A stretch of DNA of 64,000 nucleotides from Thermoplasmatota archaeon (GCA_041659985.1 JBAZXE010000001.1:703-64702), one strand, 5' to 3'. Positions 9,141 through 17,909 are shown, counted from the first letter of the stretch. Numbers and translations are program-made. Notes: generated by a model from the letters alone, not told the origin.

Positions 9141-9243
9141 CGTCAGTCTCCAGGGACGCAAGACGCGCCGAAGAGGGGGGGGTATAAACCCGTTTGCTCG
9201 CCGGGACAGGAGGGGACAGAAGGGCGCGGAGCCGGTAGCCGGT

Positions 9244-9519
9244 TCACGGCCGGAAGAAGACCGCGGTGTGGCCGCGCGTCTCGATGAGCAGGCTGTTGGT
9301 TCCCTCGGCCAGGGCCTGGGCCTGGTTGGTGTCGCTGGCGCCGCCTTCCGTGGCCGCGGGCAGGAGGCGGACCTTGACCAGCTTGCGCTTCTTGAGTTGG
9401 GCCGACAACTCCTCGATGGTGGCCGGGGTGACGCCGTTCTTGCCGACGTGCAGGCTGACGTCAATCTGCTGCGCCTCGGCGCGCTTCTGCTGAATCTGCG
9501 AGTTGGTGAGTTTGTCCAT
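9244..9519 (-). CDS. yhbY: CRS1/YhbY (CRM-domain) RNA-binding protein
   Basis: 91 aa, LTNSQIQQKRAEAQQIDVSLHVGKNGVT...LVKVRL. CRM-domain signature. Conserved next to rps19e. Confidence 0.8.
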   Translation of the reverse strand: MDKLTNSQIQQKRAEAQQIDVSLHVGKNGVTPATIEELSAQLKKRKLVKVRLLPAATEGGASDTNQAQALAEGTNSLLIETRGHTAVFFRP

Positions 9520-9521
9520 GG

Positions 9522-9872
9522 TTAGGCCTCCGTCTCCGAGCCGGCGGGCTTCGGGCGAGTGTGAAGGGGGCGGCGCGCCACGGCGCCGCAGCGCAGGCAG
9601 GTCGTGGCGAGGCGGCCGCCAGAGAAGCGCGTGCGGCTGGTGACGGCGGTGCGGAAAGCGCCGCAGCCACGGCAGACCTGGGCCTTGGCATCGGCGGGAA
9701 GCCCCGTCTGGTACTTCTGGGCGAGGCGCAGCGAGATTGCAGCGTAGCGGTCGGGCAGGGCGGACGCAGCGTCGGCCAGATGCTCGGACCGAGCCCGCGC
9801 CAGGAGCGTGCGGATGCGACGCTCGGCCACGGCGCGCTCCTCCCCCTTGTCGCGCCGCTTCGCCATGCGCAT
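9522..9872 (-). CDS. rpp21: RNase P protein component Rpp21 (Rpr2)
   Basis: Basic helical N-terminus (MRMAKRRDKGEERAVAERRIRTLLARA) plus a C-terminal Zn ribbon CRGCG...CLRCG. Start trimmed from ORF 9522..9938. Confidence 0.75.
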   Translation of the reverse strand: MRMAKRRDKGEERAVAERRIRTLLARARSEHLADAASALPDRYAAISLRLAQKYQTGLPADAKAQVCRGCGAFRTAVTSRTRFSGGRLATTCLRCGAVARRPLHTRPKPAGSETEA

Positions 9873-9921
9873 TCCAGGAAGCGGTCCGTTATGAGGCTGG
9901 CGGGCCTGGGCCGCGCCAACA

Positions 9922-10554
9922 ATGCAACGGGCCGCCAACGTGTGGGACCGCTTCTACCGCCACCACGAGGCGCCGTGGCGCGGCGAGCGCCCCGTGGCGG
10001 ACCTTCTGCCCCTCATGGGCGCCGGCCCTGTGCTCGAACTCGGCTGCGGCAACGGCAAGTTGCTGCGGCCGCTGCGCGCGGCGGGCATCGACGCCATCGG
10101 GTTGGACGTGGCCTTCCATGCCTTGCGTCGTCTCGCCGCCGGGACGCCCCGCGTCCTAGCCGACGCCGCAATCCTGCCGTTCCGGGACGCCGCCTTCACG
10201 GCGGTGCTTGACGTCCATTGCACGGGGCACCTCGGAGCGGAAGGCCGCGCGCAAGCCGCGCGGGAGGCCGCGCGCGTGCTGCGCCCTGGAGGCCACCTCG
10301 TCGTCGAACGGCTGACTCCGGCGGACCTGCGTGCCTCGCAAGGCAAGCCCGTCGACGGCGAACCCGGCATGAAGGAAGTCGAAGACGGGCGGCGCACGCA
10401 CTTCGCGTTCGCCGAGGAGCTTGAGGCGGCGTTCGCTGTCGCCGGGTTCACGCCTCTCGGGGGCGATGTGACGCGCCGGGAGCCGGGCCACGGCGGCCGC
10501 CAGGTCGTGCGCGAATCGGTCCGGCTGGCGTTCCGGCTGGACGCCCCGACTTGA
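9922..10554 (+). CDS. Class I SAM-dependent methyltransferase
   Basis: Motif I VLELGCGNG. Post-I acidic residue. LRPGGHLVV motif. Confidence 0.75.
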   Translation: MQRAANVWDRFYRHHEAPWRGERPVADLLPLMGAGPVLELGCGNGKLLRPLRAAGIDAIGLDVAFHALRRLAAGTPRVLADAAILPFRDAAFTAVLDVHCTGHLGAEGRAQAAREAARVLRPGGHLVVERLTPADLRASQGKPVDGEPGMKEVEDGRRTHFAFAEELEAAFAVAGFTPLGGDVTRREPGHGGRQVVRESVRLAFRLDAPT

Positions 10555-10581
10555 CGCGGCCAATCCTCGGTGCCGCCCAGC

Positions 10582-11529
10582 CTACTTGGCGCGGCGCGGA
10601 GCCGTCGGAACGTCTGCGACGCCTTCGACGAGGGCGATGAACTCCAGGTTGGCGGCGCCCTTGGGGGCCTTGGCGCTCGTCGCCGTGACGAGGACGGCCT
10701 GACGGGTGCCTTGCGCGGCGTCGTGCGGCGCGATAATGACGAGGCTGAGTTCCTGCGCCTGCCCAGGTTCGAGCACGAGTTCGGGGACCGGCAGGAACGC
10801 CGCCCAGCCCTCCTGCACCGCGGAGACGGCCAGCAACACGGTGTCGGTGTCGCGAGCCAGTCCTTCAATGCGGAACGGGAAGGCGACCTTGCCTCCGGGC
10901 ACCACAGACAGTTCGCGTGTGTCGGAGGCCAAGCGCACCAAGGCGCGGCGTGCGGACACGGTAAGGATGACGGCGACGAGGACGGCCGCAACAAGCAGGA
11001 GCAGCACGACGTAGATCCACGGCCCGAGGGTTTCCATCACGTTGCGCGTGAGGGAGTTGCGGACCTCGATGCGCAGAGGGGCACTGTCGGTGGCGGTCTG
11101 CGCCGTCTGGGGGTTCTGCCCGAGGATGGGGTCGAGACCTTCGAGCGGGGAGACCAGCACGGCGATGACGGTCAGGGCCGCTTCTTTGCTGTCGGCGTCG
11201 GGCGCAACCTGGACCTTGATCTTGACGGCCTGCGAGGCGCCCGGGGCCAACTCGAAGCTGGATGGCTCGGCGCTGACGGTCCATCCGGCCGGGATGCCAT
11301 CGATGGTCACGGCGACGTCGGCCTTCGACTGTTGCTCGATGCCCGGAACCAGCGGACTGTTGTTCTTGACGGTGAACTCGAAGGTCACCTGGTCGACGCT
11401 CACGGTCCCGCTGTCGGCCTTGCCCGAAATCTCGACGGCGGGGCTGGTCGACGGCGTCTGCGCCTGGATGGACGCTGCCGCAAGCAGGGCCACCAGGAGA
11501 ATCAGGAGGGGGCTGGCCGCGATGCGCAC
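10582..11529 (-). CDS. Hypothetical exported/membrane-anchored protein with two Ig-like (CARDB-like) halves separated by a TM helix
   Basis: Signal peptide MRIAASPLLILLVALLAAASIQA. Central TM WIYVVLLLLVAAVLVAVILTV. Two similar beta-rich segments. Confidence 0.5.
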   Translation of the reverse strand: MRIAASPLLILLVALLAAASIQAQTPSTSPAVEISGKADSGTVSVDQVTFEFTVKNNSPLVPGIEQQSKADVAVTIDGIPAGWTVSAEPSSFELAPGASQAVKIKVQVAPDADSKEAALTVIAVLVSPLEGLDPILGQNPQTAQTATDSAPLRIEVRNSLTRNVMETLGPWIYVVLLLLVAAVLVAVILTVSARRALVRLASDTRELSVVPGGKVAFPFRIEGLARDTDTVLLAVSAVQEGWAAFLPVPELVLEPGQAQELSLVIIAPHDAAQGTRQAVLVTATSAKAPKGAANLEFIALVEGVADVPTAPRRAK

Positions 11530-11627
11530 GACAAGCCATTTGTGCCGGGGTCTTGAAAGGCATGGTGGCCAAGGCCCCCGCCGCCAACCTCTTGAGCCGG
11601 ACGGGCCCTCGACGGGCGTTGACGCGG

Positions 11628-12365
11628 ATGCTCTACATGGAAGGCGGGTTGGAGCGCTGCTATGACCGCACGTTCTCGGCGCGCGTCCTCGAGGCCAAGC
11701 CGGACTACGTCATCCTCGACCAGACCTTGTTCTACCCGCTGGGTGGGGGTCAGGAATGGGATACCGGACTCCTGCGCGTCGCCGACGGCCGGGAGGCTCG
11801 CGTGGCCGAGGTCACCAAACGCGGACCGGTCAAGCATGTCCTGGGTCCTGGCCACGTCCTGCAGGCCGGCGACGAAGTGCAGGGCACGATTGACTGGAGT
11901 CGCCGATACGCGCACATGCGCATGCACACGGCGCAGCACCTGGTGTCCGGACTTGCCTACGAGTTGTTCGGCGGCCCGCGCACGGTGGGCAACCAGATCC
12001 ACGCCGAGCGCAGCCGCATCGACTTCAACCCGGTGAACTTCACCAACGAGATGCTCAAAGACCTCGAGTCGGCCTCCAACGACGCCATCCGGGCCGGGTA
12101 CGCCGTCGCCACGTCGAGCATGACGCGGGACGAGGTCAACGCCGAGCTGCCGCCGGAGCGAACCAACATGGACCTCCTGCCGAAATCGGTGACCGACTTG
12201 CGCGTCATCCGCATCGGCAGCGACATCGATTTGTGCCCTTGCGCCGGCACCCATGTCCAGAACACGAAGGAGATTGGCGAGGTGCGCATCCTGTCGCGGA
12301 CCTCGAAGGGCTCGGGGACGCAGCGCATCGAGTACACCCTCGAGGCCCCGCCTGGTTCCACCTGA
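11628..12365 (+). CDS. alaX: Alanyl-tRNA editing protein AlaX (AlaRS editing-domain homolog)
   Basis: Zn-binding motifs HTAQHLV and CAGTHV, typical of the AlaX/AlaRS editing domain. Start moved to Met 11628 (MLYMEGG) to leave a divergent promoter. ORF track starts 11553. Confidence 0.7.
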   Translation: MLYMEGGLERCYDRTFSARVLEAKPDYVILDQTLFYPLGGGQEWDTGLLRVADGREARVAEVTKRGPVKHVLGPGHVLQAGDEVQGTIDWSRRYAHMRMHTAQHLVSGLAYELFGGPRTVGNQIHAERSRIDFNPVNFTNEMLKDLESASNDAIRAGYAVATSSMTRDEVNAELPPERTNMDLLPKSVTDLRVIRIGSDIDLCPCAGTHVQNTKEIGEVRILSRTSKGSGTQRIEYTLEAPPGST

Positions 12366-12461
12366 ACCGGCCCCCTCCAAACCACTCCCCCAAGGCAATA
12401 GAAGCAATAGAATATTGAGATTAGGGTCTTGTCGGGGCCCAGTTCGTGCTCTATTGAGACT

Positions 12462-13094
12462 ATGGGATTCAAGGAATGGATCATCCCGCAGGACCGCGTC
12501 TTCTACGATCTGCTGGAACGCCTCGGCAAGCACACGCACGACATCACGGCCGAGTTCAAGTTCCTCATGTCGCACTGGAGCAACCTCGAGGTCGAGCGCC
12601 AGAAGATCAAAGCCATCGAGCATGAGGCCGACACGGTCATGCACGACATCTTCGACCGCCTCAACCGGACCTTCATCACGCCGCTCGACCGCGAGGACAT
12701 CGCGCGTCTGGCTCACTCGCTCGACGAGGTCATCGACGCCATCTACGCCGCGACGAACCGCCTCGTCCTGTTCAACATCCCCGAGCCCACGCCGGAGATG
12801 ATGCAGTTCACCAACATCCTGGAGGCCCAGGTGAAGGAGCTCGTCGGCGGCATCAACTCGTTGCGCAAACCGTCCACGATGGCGAAGGCCATCCTGCCGC
12901 ACGCCGTCGAGATGCACCGTCTCGAGAACGACGCGGACAAGCTGCTCTACAAGATCACGGCGGAGCTGTTCAAGGGAACCGACGCCGTCCACATCATGAA
13001 GTACAAGGAACTGTACGAATTCCTCGAGTACGCCACGGACAGCTGCGAGGACGTCGCCAACGTCCTGCAGGACGTCGTCCGCAAGCACGGGTAG
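12462..13094 (+). CDS. PhoU-like DUF47 protein (Pit accessory protein)
   Basis: Helical protein immediately upstream of the PiT transporter, the classic pit-associated DUF47 arrangement. First ATG at 12462 (MGFKEW). The ORF-track 12429 start is a TTG. Confidence 0.7.
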   Translation: MGFKEWIIPQDRVFYDLLERLGKHTHDITAEFKFLMSHWSNLEVERQKIKAIEHEADTVMHDIFDRLNRTFITPLDREDIARLAHSLDEVIDAIYAATNRLVLFNIPEPTPEMMQFTNILEAQVKELVGGINSLRKPSTMAKAILPHAVEMHRLENDADKLLYKITAELFKGTDAVHIMKYKELYEFLEYATDSCEDVANVLQDVVRKHG

Positions 13095-13101
13095 GCGCCA
13101 A

Positions 13102-14289
13102 ATGATCGACTGGCTGGCCCTTGGGCCCTTGCTCATCTTTGCCATCCTGGTGGCGTTGATCTTCGACTTCTACAACGGCTTGCATGACGCGGCCAATTCC
13201 ATCGCGACCGTCGTCGCCACGCGCGCCCTGCCGGTGTGGGCGGCCCTCATCCTCGCGAGCGCCGCCAACTTTGTGGGCGCCTTCTGGGGACTCGAGGTGG
13301 CGAACACGGTCGGCAAGATCATTCCGGTGGAAATCGTCACCGTGCACATGATCATCGCCGCCTTGCTGGGCGCGATCTTCTGGAGCGTGCTGACGGTCAT
13401 CCTGGGGCTGCCCATCTCGAGCAGCCACTCCCTCATCGGCGGCCTGCTTGGCGCAGCCATCGCGGCAGCCGGCTTTGGCGCCATCGACTGGCCGACCGGG
13501 GCATCCATGGCACCGACGTGGGCCGTCCTGTGGTCAGGCGCCTGGAAAGGGGCCATCCTGGGCTTGGTGGTAGGTCTGCTGGCGCGCAAGAAAAACCCGC
13601 TGCCGTATGTGTTCCTCGGCGCCTGGTTCGTCTCGGCCGTCTATCTCGTCTGGGCCATTTTCACGGAGTCCATCAAGATTCCCCGCCTCGGCGCGACGGT
13701 CCTGTTCATCGCGTACAGCCCCTTCATCGGCTTCTGTCTCGCCTTCATCTCGGGCGCCCTCATCACCTGGGTCGTGTACAAAGCGCCGGCGGGCAAGGTC
13801 AAGGGCGTCTTCCGCGTGCTGCAGATCGGCTCGTCCGCGTTCTACTCGCTTGGGCATGGCCGCAACGACGCGCAGAAGACCATGGGCGTCATCGCCGCGC
13901 TGCTCATCGCCGGCGGCGTGACGGCCGAGTTCCATGTGCCGCGCGAAGTCATCTTCGCGTCCGGCGCCGCCATCGCGTTGGGCACCATCCTGGGCGGCTA
14001 CAAGATTGTGCGCACGATGGGAACCAAATTGACCCACCTTGACACACGACAGGGGTTCATCGCGGAGACGTCCAGCGCGCTCGGCTTGCACTTCATGGCC
14101 GAGCATGGCGTCCCGGTTTCGACGACCCACAGCATCACGGGCGCCATCCTCGGCGTCGGGGCATTGCAGCGCATTTCGGCGGTCTCGTGGGGGACGGCGC
14201 GCCGCATCGTCATGGCCTGGATCATCACCATCCCCCTGGCGGCCGGCGTTGCCGCAGTGTGCTATTGGGGCCTCGATTTCGTCCTGTAA
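13102..14289 (+). CDS. pit: Inorganic phosphate transporter, PiT family
   Basis: Duplicated PiT signature GLHDAANSIATVVATRAL ... SLGHGRNDAQKTMGVIAAL. About 10 TM helices. Confidence 0.9.
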   Translation: MIDWLALGPLLIFAILVALIFDFYNGLHDAANSIATVVATRALPVWAALILASAANFVGAFWGLEVANTVGKIIPVEIVTVHMIIAALLGAIFWSVLTVILGLPISSSHSLIGGLLGAAIAAAGFGAIDWPTGASMAPTWAVLWSGAWKGAILGLVVGLLARKKNPLPYVFLGAWFVSAVYLVWAIFTESIKIPRLGATVLFIAYSPFIGFCLAFISGALITWVVYKAPAGKVKGVFRVLQIGSSAFYSLGHGRNDAQKTMGVIAALLIAGGVTAEFHVPREVIFASGAAIALGTILGGYKIVRTMGTKLTHLDTRQGFIAETSSALGLHFMAEHGVPVSTTHSITGAILGVGALQRISAVSWGTARRIVMAWIITIPLAAGVAAVCYWGLDFVL

Positions 14290-14294
14290 TGGCT

Positions 14295-14360
14295 AAGGGC
14301 CCTCTAACAATATTCTATATAGAATCAAGGGCAATGCCCTATCCAATATAGTGGACAGTC
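14295..14360 (+). promoter_or_regulatory. AT-rich promoter with perfect 14-bp palindrome ATTCTATATAGAAT upstream of the AbrB-PhoU regulator gene
   Basis: Palindrome centred on TATATA in an otherwise GC-rich genome, about 30 bp upstream of start 14361. Confidence 0.5.
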
Positions 14361-15389
14361 ATGGTCATGGAACTACGAAAGATCCAGGTCACGGGCGGGT
14401 CGACGCACGTGGTGAGCCTGCCGAAGAAGTGGGTCGACCGCACCGGACTCGGACGCTCCGACACCGTCGCCATCCATGAGGAACCCGATGGTTCCCTGCT
14501 GCTCATTCCGCACTCGGAAGGAAAGATGGCCAGCCGCACCCTGACGGTCAACCTCCCCGACCTCCCCTCCGAGGAGGAGGTCATCCGCCGCCTGGTGGGC
14601 GCCTACCTCGCGGGTGCCGACGAGATCCATATCCGCTCGGCGCACAAAATGGACCCGAAGGTCCGCCAGATCATCCGCGACATCACGCGCGACCTGGTCG
14701 GCGTCGAGATCCTCGAGGAGTCGGCCAACGCGATGACGCTGCAGGACCTCGTCGGGGTCGCCGACATGGACCTGCGCAAGACCCTCACCCGCATGCAGCG
14801 CATCGCCCGCATCATGTACGACGACGCGGTAACCGCTTTGCAGGCCCGCGACATCGAAAGCGCCCACCTGGTGGCGCAGCGTGATGATGAGCTGGACCGC
14901 CTGTTGTGGATGGTCTCCAAGCAGATGCACGCCCTCCTGGAACAGCCGCGCCTGGCCGCCAAGCTTTCGGTTCGCCCCGCGGAGGCCCTCAACCTGTTCC
15001 TTGCCGCCCGTTCCCTGGAACGCATGGGCGACCACGCCGCGAAGATCTGCCAAAACGTCGTCGAACTCAAGGGCGACACGGTGCCCAAGGCCGTCATCGA
15101 GAACCTCGTGGCACAGGCCGACACCGTGCGCAAAATCTGGGACGACGCGTTCACCAGCCTGAAGCGCCCCGACTTCGACACCGCCAGCGCCGCCGCCGAC
15201 CGTGGCGAAGAGGCCGCCAAGTGGCGCAAGACATTCCCGGCCCTGGTGCGCGGCCTCGACTACGAATCGGTCGGGCCTCTCGTGCTCATCGCCGACTCCA
15301 TCGACCGCACCCGTGGCTACGCCATCGACCTCGCGGAGACGGCGATGAACCAGACCTTCCAGCAGCTCGGCAACCAGAAGCCCAACTGA
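14361..15389 (+). CDS. Phosphate uptake regulator with N-terminal AbrB/SpoVT-type DNA-binding domain and two PhoU domains
   Basis: N-terminus KIQVTGGSTHVVSLPKKWVDRTGLGRSDTVAI (swapped-hairpin AbrB fold) followed by PhoU-like helical repeats (two DxxxD-type repeats). Typical archaeal arrangement. Confidence 0.75.
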   Translation: MVMELRKIQVTGGSTHVVSLPKKWVDRTGLGRSDTVAIHEEPDGSLLLIPHSEGKMASRTLTVNLPDLPSEEEVIRRLVGAYLAGADEIHIRSAHKMDPKVRQIIRDITRDLVGVEILEESANAMTLQDLVGVADMDLRKTLTRMQRIARIMYDDAVTALQARDIESAHLVAQRDDELDRLLWMVSKQMHALLEQPRLAAKLSVRPAEALNLFLAARSLERMGDHAAKICQNVVELKGDTVPKAVIENLVAQADTVRKIWDDAFTSLKRPDFDTASAAADRGEEAAKWRKTFPALVRGLDYESVGPLVLIADSIDRTRGYAIDLAETAMNQTFQQLGNQKPN

Positions 15390-15559
15390 TTGCCGGATTC
15401 CGCCTGATTCGCCGGATTCGGCTGGCCGTTTGGCCTTGCCAACCATCCAATCGCCTCCACCCGTCAAATGGTTCCATGGGCTGCATCGGAAAGCAACCCT
15501 TATCCCCACTTTCTGAGGTCTACGGGATGGATGGGAATGCAACAAGCGGAGGCTTTGCC

Positions 15560-16192
15560 ATGCTAAAGCTCATGAGCGCCAGCCTCGCCAAGTGGCTGGG
15601 CGGATTCTTCGGGAAGAAGCACGCGCGCATTGGCATCTACGGGCCGCCCAATGCCGGCAAGACGACCCTGGCGAACCGCATCGCCCGCGACTTCACCGGC
15701 GAGACCATCGGCTCCGCCAGCCCCGTGCCACACGAAACGCGTCGCGTCCGCAAGAAGGCCGACATCGAGCTCAAGTCCAACGGCTCCCGCCTGCACATCG
15801 ACGTCATCGTCACGCCCGGCATCGCCACCCAAATCGACTTCCACGAGTTCGTCGAGGACCACGGCATGAACGAGGAGGAGGCCCGCCGCCGCGCCAAGGA
15901 AGCCACCGAGGGCGTCATCGAGGCCATCCGCTGGCTCGACGACGTCGACGGCGTCCTGTTGGTGATGGATTGCGCAGAAGATCCCTTCACGCAGGTCAAC
16001 GTCACCATCCTGGGCAACCTCGAGGCGCGCAAGCTCCCCGTCATCATCATCGCCAACAAGATCGACTTGGCCGAGGCCAGCCCCGCGACTCTCAAAGCCG
16101 CCTTCCCGCAGCACCCCGTGGTCCCCGTCTCCGCCGGCGAGGGCACCAACATGGACGCGCTGTACGAGGCCATCACCAAGCACTTCCGGTGA
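15560..16192 (+). CDS. Small GTP-binding protein (archaeal Era/EngB-like GTPase)
   Basis: Internal Met of ORF 14906..16192: MLKLMSAS... G1 GPPNAGKTT, G3, G4 NKID. Followed by its conserved partners DUF2073 and the Zn-ribbon protein. Confidence 0.8.
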   Translation: MLKLMSASLAKWLGGFFGKKHARIGIYGPPNAGKTTLANRIARDFTGETIGSASPVPHETRRVRKKADIELKSNGSRLHIDVIVTPGIATQIDFHEFVEDHGMNEEEARRRAKEATEGVIEAIRWLDDVDGVLLVMDCAEDPFTQVNVTILGNLEARKLPVIIIANKIDLAEASPATLKAAFPQHPVVPVSAGEGTNMDALYEAITKHFR

Positions 16193-16196
16193 CCGC

Positions 16197-16631
16197 ATGA
16201 GCCCGCCACCCCCGCCGACCGCCGCCAGCACCGTGGGACAACAGCTCATGGCCGCCGCGCCCGCCATCCACCTCATCAGCCACGAGACCGTGGAACGCAT
16301 GGGCACCGAGGAGAAGATCCGATTCATCCTCGACGAAGTCGAGGCCGGCAAGGTCCTCGTCCTGGAGCGCGGTCTCACCCCGCAAGAGGAAGCCAAGCTC
16401 ATCGAGCAGACGATGCGCGAGGTCGACCCCGACCACTTCATCGGCATCGAGATGCAAAGCTACGGCATGGACCGCGGCAAGAACCTGCTGCAGCGCGTCG
16501 CCATGGGCGGCCCGCGCCCCCGCATGGCCGTCATCGGCCCCGCCAGTCTCCTCAAGCTCGTGTCGAAAGACAACGAGAAAATCGTCACGAAGATCATCGG
16601 CCAGGACGGCAAGCCCACTCCGGCGGCCTGA
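16197..16631 (+). CDS. DUF2073-family protein (GTPase-associated)
   Basis: 144 aa. 4-nt spacing from the GTPase gene. Conserved archaeal partner. Confidence 0.6.
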   Translation: MSPPPPPTAASTVGQQLMAAAPAIHLISHETVERMGTEEKIRFILDEVEAGKVLVLERGLTPQEEAKLIEQTMREVDPDHFIGIEMQSYGMDRGKNLLQRVAMGGPRPRMAVIGPASLLKLVSKDNEKIVTKIIGQDGKPTPAA

Positions 16632-16633
16632 GC

Positions 16634-17206
16634 ATGGCCCACCAATGCCTCACCTGCGGCCACCTGTTTCCGGAAGGCTCCAGCGCCATCCTGCAGGGTT
16701 GCCCAGGTTGCAAGGGCACCCGCTTCTTCTACACGCAAGCGCCGCTGCCGGAGGCCGAACGCATGGCCCTGGCTGACCGCGCGCAGAAGGACCTGCGCCA
16801 AGTCGTCGCCGAACTGCTCAAGTCGAGCGCCGAAGGCGACAGCGACCTGCAGAAGAAAATGAAGTCCGGCCAGCTGCGCCCGGCGGACTTGCGCGGCCTC
16901 GTCAAGCAGGTCGCCGAGACGCAGGCCCGCGCCGAACGCAACGCCCAACCCAACTGGGAAAACCCGGACGTCAAGCCGTTCGTCGTGCACGCCAAGGTCG
17001 AGGCGGCCAAGGCGCGCATCGAAGCGGAACTGAAGGAGGCCTCCAAGGCCCCCGTGCACCCGGACACCGTCAACATCCGCAAGCCGGGACAGTACGAGAT
17101 CGACGTCGGCGCCCTACTGGAAGGAAACCCCATCGTCGTCCACCGCGACGGCGCGTACCACATCCACCTGGCGAGCCTGTTCGACCAAGGCCGCTCCAAG
17201 GCCTGA
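16634..17206 (+). CDS. Zn-ribbon protein (DUF2072-like), third member of the GTPase triad
   Basis: N-terminal CLTCGH...CPGCKG zinc ribbon, then a charged helical region. Confidence 0.6.
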   Translation: MAHQCLTCGHLFPEGSSAILQGCPGCKGTRFFYTQAPLPEAERMALADRAQKDLRQVVAELLKSSAEGDSDLQKKMKSGQLRPADLRGLVKQVAETQARAERNAQPNWENPDVKPFVVHAKVEAAKARIEAELKEASKAPVHPDTVNIRKPGQYEIDVGALLEGNPIVVHRDGAYHIHLASLFDQGRSKA

Positions 17207-17267
17207 CCTTCGGCCACGACGCCGAGGCCGGAAACCTTCATCGACTGGCGCGCCCCATCGGGAGGTC

Positions 17268-17558
17268 GTGCCTGCGCCGCCCGAGCTCCCGGAGGCCTGG
17301 GCCACGCCGCCGAAGTCCGCCACTGCGGCCCCGCGGCCCGACGCCTTCACCCTCGAACTGCCGCAGTCGAAGGCCATCGCGCGCCTGCGCTACGAGGAGA
17401 CCGACCGCGCCCTCGTCGTCGAGTTTCGCAACGGCACCGTGTACCGCTACTTCGGCGTCTCGCGCGACGACTACACCAAACTGGCCACCTCGGCGTCGCC
17501 AGGGGCGCGCTTCAACCAGGACATCCAGCCGTACCACGAGTTCGAGCGCTTGGCTTGA
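17268..17558 (+). CDS. KTSC-domain protein
   Basis: C-terminal LRYEETDRALVVEFRNGTVYRYFGVSRDDYTKL matches the KTSC domain pattern. Confidence 0.55.
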   Translation: MPAPPELPEAWATPPKSATAAPRPDAFTLELPQSKAIARLRYEETDRALVVEFRNGTVYRYFGVSRDDYTKLATSASPGARFNQDIQPYHEFERLA

Positions 17559-17718
17559 TTCGACGGAGGGCCGGGATTCGCCGGATGTTGCAACGGGAGC
17601 AACGGAATCCGGCGAATCCGGGCAGCAATCCGGGAATCAGGGCAGGGTGCGCAGCCTTCTTATCGGGACCCTTTGTGGCGCGGATTGCGTCGACCTGGGG
17701 AACCGGGCAACCGGTCAC

Positions 17719-17791
17719 GGGCTCATGGTCTAGCGGTTATGACAGCGCTCTCACACAGCGCAGGTCACCGGTTCAAATCCGGTTGAGCCCA
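17719..17791 (+). tRNA. tRNA-Val (anticodon CAC)
   Basis: Acceptor GGGCTCA/TGAGCCC, anticodon stem GCGCT/AGCGC, loop CTCACAC, T-arm ACCGG-TTCAAAT-CCGGT, discriminator A. No encoded CCA. Confidence 0.85.
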
Positions 17792-17869
17792 CTGCCGACG
17801 CCCCTCCAACAGGATTGAGGCTTGTTTGGTGGGTCCGCCCGCAGCGGACCCGCCAGCGGTTTCGAAAGG

Positions 17870-17909
17870 GCGCAGCCCTTTCGGTTCAAATCCGGTTGAG
17901 CCCACTGCC
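17870..17909 (+). pseudogene. Duplicated 3' half of tRNA-Val (pseudo-tRNA / att-like remnant)
   Basis: 28-nt exact repeat of CGGTTCAAATCCGGTTGAGCCCACTGCC (17769..17796 and 17882..17909), plus a shared GCGCAG upstream. No matching 5' acceptor strand. Intervening 80 bp forms perfect hairpins. Confidence 0.6.

Noticed and set aside
8688-9464. Full 258-aa ORF as S19e
   Set aside because: N-terminal 108 aa are Pro/Arg/Ser junk overlapping the yhbY region. S19e begins at the internal Met (9140).
11502-13145. 547-aa minus-strand ORF
   Set aside because: Antisense to alaX and the DUF47 gene. Spurious.
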